Assembly: GCA_963697835.1 (NCBI GenBank)
Contig: CAVOPG010000001.1
Span: 646,803 to 710,802, forward strand
DNA from: an uncultured Acidobacteriota bacterium
Lineage (GTDB): Bacteria; Acidobacteriota; Vicinamibacteria; Fen-336
Direction of reading: 5' to 3'
DNA length: 64,000 bases
Shown here piece after piece: positions 28,256 to 37,676 of this stretch. The stretch's first letter is position 1; each line of letters opens with the position of its first letter. Under the pieces are notes generated by a model. The model ran no database searches. It saw only the letters and a program-made list of their open reading frames with translations, and had not been told where the DNA came from. The translations under genes were made by a program, and so were the position numbers.

Positions 28256-29371
28256 ATGGGCAGACCAGAGACGGAGGCAGTCCGGGGGCGTTCGGACCTC
28301 GAGGCGTTCGTCGCGCTCCCCTACGGCCTGCACCGGAGCGACCCCGGCTGGACGCCGATGCTGCGGAGGGACGTACGGGCCGTCCTCGACCCCGCCCGCA
28401 ATCCTCTCTTCGAGCACGCCGAGCGCGAGCTCTTCCTCGCCCGCCGCGGAGGGCGCGTGGTCGGCCGCATCGCCGCGATCCACGACCGCCTGCACGACGA
28501 GACCCGCTCCGACCGGGCCGGCTTCTTCGGCTTCTTCGAGAGCGTCTTCGACCCTGCCGTCGCGGGAGCGCTCTTCGACGCGGCGGCGGCGTGGCTGCGG
28601 GCCCGGGGCCTCCACACGCTGCGGGGCCCGCTCAGCCCCTCGATCAACGACGAGGCGGGGCTCCTCGTCGACGGCTTCGACACGCCGTCCGTGCTCATGA
28701 TGCCGCACAATCCCCGCTATTACGCGGCTCTTCTCGAGGGTGCGGGCTTCCGCAAGGCGAAGGACCTGCTCGCCTTCCAGAACACCCACACGACCCTTCC
28801 CGAGCGGCTCGTCGCCGCGACCGACGTCGTGCGCAAGCGCTACGACGTCACCTGCCGCCGCATCGACATGAGGCGGTTCGCCGAGGACGTCGCCCTCATC
28901 CGGAAGCTCTTCAACGCGGGGTGGGAGAGGAACTGGGGCTACGTGCCGCTCACCGACCGCGAAGTCGAGCACCTCGCCTCCCAGCTGAAGCCGCTCGTGG
29001 TGCCGGACCTCGTGGTCTTCGCCGAGCGTGAGGGCGAGCCGATCGGCTTCGCCGCCGCGGTACCAGACTTCAACGTCGCGCTGCGCGCCAACCCGTCGGG
29101 GCGGCTCTTCCCCGGGATCCTGAAGGTGCTCTGGGCCTCGCGGCGCATCACCCGCCTGCGGGTCATGCTCCTCGGTGTCTTGCCCGAGTGGCAGGGGCGC
29201 GCCGTCGACGCCCTCCTCTACCGGCGCATCTGGGAGAACGGTCGGGCCCGGGGCTACGACTGGGCCGAGGCGGGTTGGATCCTCGAGGACAATCACGCGA
29301 TGATCAACGGCCTGACCCGCATGGGCTTCGAGGCGTACAAGACCTACCGCGTCTACGAGAGGCCGATCTGA
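28256..29371 (+). CDS. Large GNAT-family N-acyltransferase (uncharacterised subfamily)
   Basis: ATG at 28256. Motifs FFGFFES, SPSINDEAGLLVDGFD, NWGYVPLT, WILEDNHAMINGL. Confidence 0.75.
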   Translation: MGRPETEAVRGRSDLEAFVALPYGLHRSDPGWTPMLRRDVRAVLDPARNPLFEHAERELFLARRGGRVVGRIAAIHDRLHDETRSDRAGFFGFFESVFDPAVAGALFDAAAAWLRARGLHTLRGPLSPSINDEAGLLVDGFDTPSVLMMPHNPRYYAALLEGAGFRKAKDLLAFQNTHTTLPERLVAATDVVRKRYDVTCRRIDMRRFAEDVALIRKLFNAGWERNWGYVPLTDREVEHLASQLKPLVVPDLVVFAEREGEPIGFAAAVPDFNVALRANPSGRLFPGILKVLWASRRITRLRVMLLGVLPEWQGRAVDALLYRRIWENGRARGYDWAEAGWILEDNHAMINGLTRMGFEAYKTYRVYERPI

Positions 29372-30336
29372 AGGCGGCCCTCACCGGCGCCACGGGCTTC
29401 GTCGGCTCGCACCTCGCCGAGGCGCTCGCCGCGCGGGGCGACGCTGTCGCCGCCCTCGTGAGGCAGCCCGCGAAAGCGCGAGCGCTCCTCTCGCTCGGCG
29501 GCCGGCTCGTCGTGGGCGCGCTCGAGGACGAGGCCGCCCGGCTCGCGCTCGTGGACGGGGCCGACGTCGTCTTCCACGTCGCGGGGCTCGTGGCGGCGCA
29601 GGCGGAGGCCGAGTTCCTGCGGGTGAATCGGGACGGCGCGGCGGCGCTCGCGGCCGCCGCGATGCGGGCCGGGGTGGGCCGCTTCGTCCTCGTCTCGTCC
29701 CTCGCGGTCACGGGCCCCTCGCGTCCCGGCCGCGCCGTGGACGAGGACTCGGGGCCGGGGCCGGTCACGGCCTACGGCCGCAGCAAGAAGGCGGGAGAGG
29801 AGGCGGTGCGGACCGCGGGCGTGCCTTGCACGATCCTCCGCCCCCCGGCCGTGTACGGCCCACGCGACCGGGCCTTCCTCACCCTCTTCCAGGCGGCGGC
29901 GCGCGGCGTCGTGCCGCTCCTCGGCGACGGCGGGCAGGAGCTGACCCTCGTGCACGCCGCAGACCTCGCCCGGGCGCTCGTCGCCGCGGCCACGAGTGTG
30001 GCGACACTGGGCGGCACCTATCACGCGGGGAACGCGGAGCCGGTGAGGCAGCGGGCGCTCGCCGGCGCCGTGGGGCGTGCCGTGGGCCGGTCCGTCCGCT
30101 GCGTGCGGCTCCCGGGGCCGGTCGTCCGGATCGCCCTGGCCGCGGCCGGCGCGGCGGCGCGAGCCCTCGGCCGGGCGCCCCTCCTCGACGGCGACAAGGC
30201 GAACGAGCTGCTGGCGCCAGGCTGGGCCTGCTCGAGCGAAGCGCTGCGGCGCGACGCGGGCTGGGCGGCGGAGATCCCCCTCGACCGCGGCCTCGCCGAA
30301 ACCGCCCAGGCCTACCGGGAGGCCGGGTGGCTGTAG
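29368..30336 (+). CDS. NAD-dependent epimerase/dehydratase (extended SDR)
   Basis: (L)KAALTGATGFVGSHL Rossmann motif, YGRSK catalytic motif. The only in-frame start candidate is CTG at 29368, which overlaps the upstream TGA (CTGA). Confidence 0.8.
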   Translation: MKAALTGATGFVGSHLAEALAARGDAVAALVRQPAKARALLSLGGRLVVGALEDEAARLALVDGADVVFHVAGLVAAQAEAEFLRVNRDGAAALAAAAMRAGVGRFVLVSSLAVTGPSRPGRAVDEDSGPGPVTAYGRSKKAGEEAVRTAGVPCTILRPPAVYGPRDRAFLTLFQAAARGVVPLLGDGGQELTLVHAADLARALVAAATSVATLGGTYHAGNAEPVRQRALAGAVGRAVGRSVRCVRLPGPVVRIALAAAGAAARALGRAPLLDGDKANELLAPGWACSSEALRRDAGWAAEIPLDRGLAETAQAYREAGWL

Positions 30337-31220
30337 ACGCGCTCGCCCCGATCGACCGCGCGACGCTCGTCTACGTCGCCGTCGCCCTCGCCTTCAACCT
30401 GGCTCACGGGCCGCGCACGTGGCCGGCGAGCGTCCTCCTGCCCCTCGCCCTCGTCGCGGTGGCTCTCGTCGCGGCCGTCCTCGCCCCGCGCGGGCGCCGG
30501 GCGGGGCCCGTCGGCCGCTTCCTCGCCGAGTTCTACCCGCTCGTCCTCACCGTCGCGCTCTACGCCCACGTGGGCCTCGTGAACGCGTCGGGCGGCGTCT
30601 CGCACGACACGCTCGTGCAGGACTGGGAGCGGGCCCTCTTCGGCGGCCAGCCCTCCCTCGAGTGGATCCGCGCCTTCCCCTCGCCGGCGTGGAGCGCCTT
30701 GATGCACGGCGCCTACCTCTCGTACTACCTCGTCCTCGCGGCCTCGCCCCTCGGCCTCTGGCTGGCGGGCCGCCGCGAACGGGCGCGCGGTGCCCTCCTC
30801 CTGACGATGGCGACGTTCTACGTCTGCTACACGGCCTTCCTCGCCTTCCCGGTGGCGGGGCCACGCTACCTCTTCCCGCCGGCGACGAACGCGGCCACTG
30901 CGATCCCGATCGCGGCCTTCGCGAACCGGCTGCTGCAGGAGGGCTCGGCCTGGGGCACCGCCTTCCCGTCTTCGCACGTCGCGGGCGCGCTCGTCGCCGC
31001 CGCGTGCGCCTGGCGCGGCCTCCGGCCCCTCGGCGCCGTGCTCGTCCCCGCCGCCGTCCTGCTGTCTCTCGCGACGGTGTATTGCCAGTTCCACTACGCC
31101 GTCGACGCCCTGGCCGGGGCCGCGCTCGCCGGCGGGCTCATCGCGTGCCGCCGGGCGGGTTATGATTCGGCGCTCACCATGCCAACGGCCAGCTCTGCCC
31201 TCCACGGAGAACCTCGATGA
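30327..31220 (+). CDS. PAP2-superfamily membrane phosphatase/phosphotransferase
   Basis: Polytopic. PAP2 motifs FPSSHVAGA and YCQFHYAVDALAG. GTG at 30327 overlaps the SDR stop by 10 nt. Confidence 0.8.
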   Translation: MAVDALAPIDRATLVYVAVALAFNLAHGPRTWPASVLLPLALVAVALVAAVLAPRGRRAGPVGRFLAEFYPLVLTVALYAHVGLVNASGGVSHDTLVQDWERALFGGQPSLEWIRAFPSPAWSALMHGAYLSYYLVLAASPLGLWLAGRRERARGALLLTMATFYVCYTAFLAFPVAGPRYLFPPATNAATAIPIAAFANRLLQEGSAWGTAFPSSHVAGALVAAACAWRGLRPLGAVLVPAAVLLSLATVYCQFHYAVDALAGAALAGGLIACRRAGYDSALTMPTASSALHGEPR

Positions 31221-32927
31221 CCCGAAGATCCGCGCTCGCCTTCGCCCTCGCCGGCCTCGCCGCTCTTCCCGCCGCCGCCCAGGAGAAGCTCGACTGGGCG
31301 ATGCTCGGCCGCATCCGGGACGAGGGCTTCCGCCACTCGCAGGTGATGGAGACGGCAGGGCAGCTGACCGACGTCTACGGACCGCGCCTCACCGGCTCAC
31401 CGCAGTACCGGAAGGCGGCCGACTGGGCCCGGCAGCAGCTCGAGACCTGGGGTCTCGCGAACGCGAAGCTCGAGAGCTGGCCGTTCGGCCGCGGCTGGAG
31501 CTTCGAGCGCTGCTCGGCCCACGTCGTCTCGCCGATGGCCTTCCCGCTCGTCGCCCTGCCGAAGGCGTGGACCGCGGGGACGAACGGCCCGGTGCGGGGC
31601 AAGGTGATGCGGGTGAAGGCCGAGTCGGAGGCCGACGTCGAGGCGCTCAAGGGCAAGGTCGCGGGGATGATCCTCTGGGTGGGCCAGCCGCGCGACCTCA
31701 AGGGCCCCGAGGACGGCGGCGTCTTCAAGCGCTACACCGACAAGCAGCTCGACGACATCGAGCAGTACCAGATCCCGGGCGCGCGCGGCGGGCGCGGCCC
31801 CATGGGGCCGGTGGACCGCGAGGCCTTCCTGAAGCGACGCCGGCTGCAGCAGGCGCTCGACAAGCTGTACGCGGCGGAGAAGCCGCTCGCCGTCGTCGAG
31901 CCCTCGGAGCGCGACGCCAACGTCCTGCGGCTCGGCGGCGGCGGCTCGCGCAAGACGGGCGACCCGCAGGCGGTGACCCAGCTCGTCGTCTCCGCCTCCC
32001 AGTGGGGCCGCGTGGCGCGCCTCCTCGACCGCAAGACGGACGTCGAGGTCGAGATCGACGTGAAGGCCGCGTTCCACGAGGACGACACGAACGGCTACAA
32101 CGTCGTGGCCGAGCTGCCGGGCACGGAGAAGAAGGGCGAGGTCGTGATGCTGGGCGCCCACCTCGACTCGTGGCACCCGGGCACCGGCGCCACCGACGAC
32201 GCCGCCGGCTCCGCCGTGATGATGGAGGCCGTCCGCATCCTCAAGGCGATCTCCGCTTCGCCCCGGCGGACCGTCCGGATCGGCCTCTGGGGCGGGGAGG
32301 AGCAGGGACTGCTCGGCTCGCGCGCGTACGTCTCCGAGCACTTCGCCTCGCGGCCGGAGGCGAAGGAGCCGGGCCCGGACGAGCTGCCCTCCTACATGCG
32401 GAACGACCCCCCGACGCCGATCACCCTGAAGCCCGATCACGCGAAGCTCGCGGCCTACTTCAACCTCGACAACGGCACCGGGAAGATCCGCGGCATCTAC
32501 CTGCAGGAGAACGAGGCGGCGAGGCCGATCTTCGAGTCGTGGATGGAGACGGTGAAGGACCTCGGGGCGACCCGGATCACGATGCGCAACACGGGCGGCA
32601 CCGACCACCAGTCCTTCGACGCCGCCGGGCTGCCCGGCTTCCAGTTCATCCAGGACCCGATCGAGTACGCGGACGGCAACTTCTTCGGCACCCACCACAC
32701 CGACATGGACGTGTACGACCGGCTGCAGCGGGAGGACCTGATGCAGGCCGCGGTCGTGATCGCGACGTTCGCCTACAACGCGGCGATCGCGCGACGAGAT
32801 GCTGCCACGCAAGCCCCTGCCGCCCACCGTGCCGCCAGCAGCGCCCGCCCCCGCCGCGAAGGCGGGCGCCAAGGGTGCGAAGCCGGTGCCGACGGCGGAG
32901 GCTTCGCCGGGGGTCGGGTCACGCTGA
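31217..32927 (+). CDS. Secreted M28-family metallopeptidase (frame break near ~32790)
   Basis: Signal peptide MTRRSALAFALAGLAALPAAAQ. Motifs LGAHLDSWHPGTGATDDAAGSAV, GGEEQGLLGS, GGTDHQSF. After NAAIA the sensible frame is RDEMLPRKPLPP..., stopping at 32925-32927. The uncorrected ORF runs to 32956. Confidence 0.85.
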
Positions 32928-32952
32928 GGCGGGTCGGCAGGGCGGAGGCCCC

Positions 32953-33420
32953 TTGAACCTCTTCGCGTACGGGACGCTGATGACGCCCGAGGGCCTGCGC
33001 GAGGCCCTGGGCCCCCGCGCGGACGAGCTGACCTTCCGGGCGGCGCGGCTACTCGGCTGGCGGCGCATCTGGAACGTGTTCGAGCCCGAGTGGCACGGCG
33101 GGGTCCTGAACCTCGAGCCGAGCCCCGACGACGTGGTCGTCGGAATGCTGATCGAGGGGCTGAGCGAGGTCGACTTCCAGTTCCTCGACGCGCATGAGGC
33201 GACCCACCTGCCGCGCGAGACCGTTTACGTCGAGCCGCTCGCGGGCGACGTGGTGCCCGCCCAGGTGTACCGCCGGCGCAAGGGCACGCACGCGGGCAAG
33301 CCCTCGGGGCGCTACAAGACGGTCGTGCTCGAGCGGGCCTACCGCTCGGGCTGGGAGGTGTACGAGAGCCTCTGCCGGGGCACCGTGGACGCGGCCGGCA
33401 ACCCCCTCACGTTCGGATGA
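32953..33420 (+). CDS. Gamma-glutamylcyclotransferase (GGCT/AIG2-like) family protein
   Basis: TTG at 32953 behind GGAGG. (L)NLFAYGTLM is the family N-terminal signature. Confidence 0.75.
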   Translation: MNLFAYGTLMTPEGLREALGPRADELTFRAARLLGWRRIWNVFEPEWHGGVLNLEPSPDDVVVGMLIEGLSEVDFQFLDAHEATHLPRETVYVEPLAGDVVPAQVYRRRKGTHAGKPSGRYKTVVLERAYRSGWEVYESLCRGTVDAAGNPLTFG

Positions 33421-33664
33421 GGCAGTAGCTGAGGTAGCGGCGCCCGGGCCCACCGGAGCGGCGGCTCCGGAGGGCTCCCGGGCGGGTCCGATCGGACGCA
33501 TCTCAGGACCCGCCTGGGATCCCGGACCGCCGCGGAATTCTCGGGCCACAGGAGCGGCTCGAAAACGGGGCAGAGCGAGGGGTGCGACTGGAGCCACATC
33601 GGGCTTCGCCTGTACCTAATCGTCGCTGGCGCCCCGGCTGGAGTCGTTCGGGGTATCCTGGGAC

Positions 33665-34054
33665 ATGGAGCGGGTTCCCGCGATCAAGGTGCTGCTGCTG
33701 CCCAAGGACACGAACGCCCTGGGCACGATCTTCGGCGGCGTCATCCTGTCCCACATCGACCTCGCCTCGGCGGTCGAGGCCCGGAAGACCTCGGCCCGCC
33801 GCTGGGTCACGAAGGCGATGCGGGAGGTCGAGTTCCACGAGCCGGTCTACCTCGGGGACATCGTGAGCTTCTTCACCGAGACCGTCCGGGTGGGCCGCAC
33901 GTCCATCACGGTCAAGGTCTCGGTGGAGGCCGAGCGGTGGGGCGGGGGCCACGGCGAGCACGTGAAGGTCACCGAGGCCGAGGTCATCCTGGTGGCGGTG
34001 GACGAGGCGGGCCGGCCGGCGCCGATCCAGCCGGGCGTCTCGACGGTCGCGTAG
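33665..34054 (+). CDS. Acyl-CoA thioesterase (hotdog fold, YciA-like)
   Basis: LLPKDTNALGTIFGGVILSHIDLA...VEFHEPVYLGDIV. Confidence 0.88.
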   Translation: MERVPAIKVLLLPKDTNALGTIFGGVILSHIDLASAVEARKTSARRWVTKAMREVEFHEPVYLGDIVSFFTETVRVGRTSITVKVSVEAERWGGGHGEHVKVTEAEVILVAVDEAGRPAPIQPGVSTVA

Positions 34055-34064
34055 GGCCTCCGCG

Positions 34065-36161
34065 ATGAGCGCGCCTGCCCTCGTCCCGACCCGCCGTCGA
34101 CTGAAGGTCGTCTGCCCGCACGACTGCCCGGACACGTGCGTGATGACGGTGGACGTGGAAGAGGACCGGGCCGTCGCGATCGGCGGCGACCCCGACCACC
34201 GCTTCACGCAGGGCTTCCTCTGCGCCAAGGTCAACCACTACCTCGAGCGCGTGTACAGCCCCGAGCGCGTGCTCCACCCGATGCGGCGGGCGGGCCGGAA
34301 GGGCGAGGGCCGGTTCGAGCGGATCTCGTGGGACGAGGCGCTCGACACGGTGGCGAGGCGCTTGCGGGAGATCGCCACCGCGCACGGGCCGCAGGCCATC
34401 CTGCCCTACTCCTACGCGGGCAACATGGGCCTGCTCGGCTACAGCAGCATGGACCGGCGCTTCTTCCACGCGCTCGGGGCGAGCCTCCTCGACCGGACGA
34501 TCTGCTCGTCGGCCGGAGGGCACGGCTTCAAGGCCACCGTCGGGAAGATGATGGGCTTCGACCCCGAGGCCGTCGTGAACGCCCGGCTCATCGTGGCCTG
34601 GGGCGCGAACATCGTCAGCTCGAACGTGCACCTGTGGCCCTTCGTCGAGGAGGCGCGGCGGCGGGGGGCGCGGCTCGTTTGCGTGGACCCCTTCCGCTCG
34701 CGCACGGCCGAGAAGTCCGACCGCCACCTCGCCCCGTTCCCGGGACCGACGCCGCTCTCGCGCTCGGGATGATGCACGTCATCTTCCGCGACGGCCTCGA
34801 GGATCGAGACTGGCTCGAGCGGCACTCGGTCGGCCACGAGGAGCTGCGGGAGCGGGCGCGCGAGTGGACGCCCGCGCGCGCCGCCGGCGACGACCGGCCT
34901 GCCGCGCGGAGGAGATCGAGAGCTTCGCGCGCGAGTACGCCACCACGCGGCCGTCGGCCATCCGCCTCAACTACGGCCTCAACCGGCACGGCGGCGGCGG
35001 GATGGCGGTGCGGACCGTGGCCTGCCTCCCGGCGGTCGTGGGCGCCTGGCGCGACGTCGGCGGGGGCGCGCTCCTCTCGACCTCGGGTACCTTCCCGGTG
35101 GACTCCGTCGCCCTCGAGCGGCCGGACCTCGTCCCGCCCGGGACGCGCACCCTCAACATGAGCCAGCTCGGGCGCATCCTGACCGACGCGACGCTCGACC
35201 CACCGGTGAAGGCGCTCTTCGTCTACAACTCGAACCCGGCGGCCGTCGCGCCGGAGCAGGACGCGGTCCGGCGCGGTCTCGCGCGCGAGGACCTGTTCGT
35301 CGTCGTCCACGAGCAGTTCCAGACCGACACCGCCGACTTCGCGGACATCCTCCTTCCGGCCACCACGACGCTCGAGCACTACGACATCCACAAGGCCTAC
35401 GGGCACCTCTACGTCAGCCTCAGCCGCCCGGCGATCGCCCCGCTCGGCGAGGCGCTGCCGAACACCGAGCTCTTCCGCCGGCTCGCCGCGCGCCTGGGGC
35501 TCGACCACCCGTGCCTGCGCGACACGGACGAGCAGATGGCGCGGCAGGCCTTCAAGTGGGATCACCCCTTCATGAAGGGGATCAGCTTCGAGCGGCTGGA
35601 GCAGCGAGGGCTCGGTGCGCCTGAGCGTGCCCGACCCGTTCGCTGCCGTTCGCCGAGGGCGGCTTCCCCACGCCCTCGGGCAAGTGCGAGCTGCGGTCGG
35701 AGACGCTCGCCGCCGAGGGGCACGACCCCGTGGCCGGCTACGTGCCGCCGCGCGAGGGGCCCACGAGCGCGCCGGAGCTGGCGAAGCGCTACCCGCTCGC
35801 GTTCATCTCGCCCCCCGCCCACCACTTCCTGAACTCGACGTTCTCCGCGCAGCCGGTGTTCGTGCGGCGCGAGGGCGAGGCGAGCGTCACGATCCACCCC
35901 GGGGACGCCGCCCCGCGCGGGATCGCCGAGGGGGCGATGGTGCGGGTCTTCAACGACCGCGGCTCCTTTCTGGCCCGGGCCCGGGTCTCCGACGCGTCCC
36001 GGCCGGGGGTCGTCGTGGGCCTCTCGATCTGGTGGGCCAAGCTCTGCCCGGGCGGCCGCAACGCCAACGCCGTCACCAGCCAGGCGCTCACGGACATGGG
36101 CGGCGGCGCGACGTTCTTCGACGCGCTCGTGGACGTCGCCCCGGAAGGGGTCAGATCTTGA
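34065..36161 (+). pseudogene. Cytoplasmic molybdopterin (bis-MGD) oxidoreductase, broken by at least 5 frame breaks (decay or sequencing error)
   Basis: No signal peptide. CPHDCPDTC...C FeS motif. Motifs [92 protein letters not shown]. Breaks near 34745, 34885, 34903, 35610 and 35648. The last 4 codons and the stop lie inside the palindromic element at 36147. Confidence 0.8.
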
Positions 36162-36208
36162 ATCTGCTCACGAGGCACGGAAGACGCCTCGATTCAAGAT
36201 CTGACCCC
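36147..36208. repeat. 62-nt palindromic (REP/MITE-like) element
   Basis: GGGGTCAGATCTTGAATC (36147-36164) and GATTCAAGATCTGACCCC (36191-36208) are perfect 18-nt inverted arms. The 26-nt centre holds a nested GAGGC/GCCTC stem. Confidence 0.9.
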
Positions 36209-36221
36209 AGAAGAGAGTAGC

Positions 36222-36503
36222 TTGGTCGGGATCTTCGTCGCTGCCACGGTCGTCGCCCTCTTGCAGTTCCTTCGCGGGCGCGACCGCCGCCTCCTGCTCC
36301 TGGCGGCGATGTTCGCGTTCCAGGCCCAGGCCCTGGGCCGCGAGTGGTACGACTTCTGGAGGGACGTGTTCCAGGTCGGCGTCTGCGCGGTGGGACTCGC
36401 GCTGGTGGTCGTGCTGTCGCCCCGGCACCCGCACGCCGTGACGCCTCCCCAACCCCCGCCCGCCCCGCTCACCGACCCTCCCGCCGCGCCGCCCGCCGCC
36501 TGA
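36222..36503 (+). CDS. Hypothetical small membrane protein (93 aa)
   Basis: TTG start. Two or three hydrophobic helices (VGIFVAATVVALLQFL, VGVCAVGLALVVVLS) and a Pro-rich tail. No recognised family. Confidence 0.35.
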   Translation: MVGIFVAATVVALLQFLRGRDRRLLLLAAMFAFQAQALGREWYDFWRDVFQVGVCAVGLALVVVLSPRHPHAVTPPQPPPAPLTDPPAAPPAA

Positions 36504-36528
36504 CGGCGGCGCGCTAGACTACGAGGCC

Positions 36529-37666
36529 ATGCAGAAGAAGAAGGTGCGTTCCCCCGGCCGACTCCTCTACGCCGCTTCCGAGACGGACGCCGACATCCTG
36601 TACCCGACCGGGTTCTTCGCGCCGGACCCGTTTCTCTTCATCCAGAAGGGGAAGACGCGGATCCTCGTCATGAGCGACCTCGAGATGGACCGCGCGCGCC
36701 ACCAGGCGCACGTGGACCGCGTGCTCTCGTGGTCGAAGGTCGCGGCGCCGCTCGAGAGGGACGGCCGGAAGGCGCTGCCCGCCGACGTGATCGCGCTCGC
36801 CCTGAGGCAGCTCGGCCTCCGGCGCGTGGAGGTGCCGCCGAGCTTTCCCCTCGGCCTCGTCGATGGAGCTCGACGCGCGCGGGATCCGCCTCGACCTCGG
36901 GCCCGACCCCTTCTGGCCGGAGCGCGAGATCAAGGAGCCCCGCGAGGTGCGCGCCGTCCTTGCGTCGCTCCGCGCCGCCGAGGCGGGCCTGCTGGCCGGC
37001 ATCGAGGCGCTCAAGTCCTGCCGCATCCGGAAGGGCTGGCTGTGGCGGGACGGCCGCAAGTTCACCGCCGAGGACCTGCGCTCCACGGTCAACACGAGGA
37101 TGATGGCCGACGGCTACCTTCCCGCCCACACGATCTGCGCGCCGGGGGACCAGGCGGTGGACCCGCACGAGGAAGGCCACGGCCCGATCCGCGCGAACAC
37201 GCCGGTCGTCATGGACATCTTCCCGCGCTCGGAGAAGACGGGGTACTTCGGCGACCTCACGCGCACCGTCGTGCGCGGGCGGGCGAGCTACTCGCTTCAC
37301 GAGGTGTACGCGATCGTGCACGAAGGCGTGCGCCTCGGCCACCGGATGGTCAAGGACGGCGTCCAGGGCCTGGACGTCCACAAGGCCATCCAGGCCCTCT
37401 TCGAGCGGCAGGGCTACAAGACAGGCGTGAAGAACGGCCGGATGCAGGGCTTCTTCCACGGAACCGGCCACGGCCTCGGCCTGCAGATCCACGAGGCCCC
37501 GTCGATCGGCAAGCGGCCGTGCGTGCTCCGGACCGGGCACGTCGTGACCGTGGAGCCCGGCCTCTACTACCTCGGCCTCGGCGGCGTGCGCATCGAGGAC
37601 GTGGCGCTCGTGACGAAGACCGGCTCGCGCTGCCTGACCCGGGTCGAGAAGCAGCTCGAAGTCTGA
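36529..37666 (+). CDS. M24-family metallopeptidase (Xaa-Pro aminopeptidase/creatinase-like; frame break near ~36862)
   Basis: N-terminal creatinase-like domain (ORF 36529). After the break: MDIFPRSEKTGYFGDLTRT, HGTGHGLGLQIHE, VEPGLYYLGLGGVRIED. Confidence 0.85.
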
Positions 37667-37676
37667 GGGGGATCGA

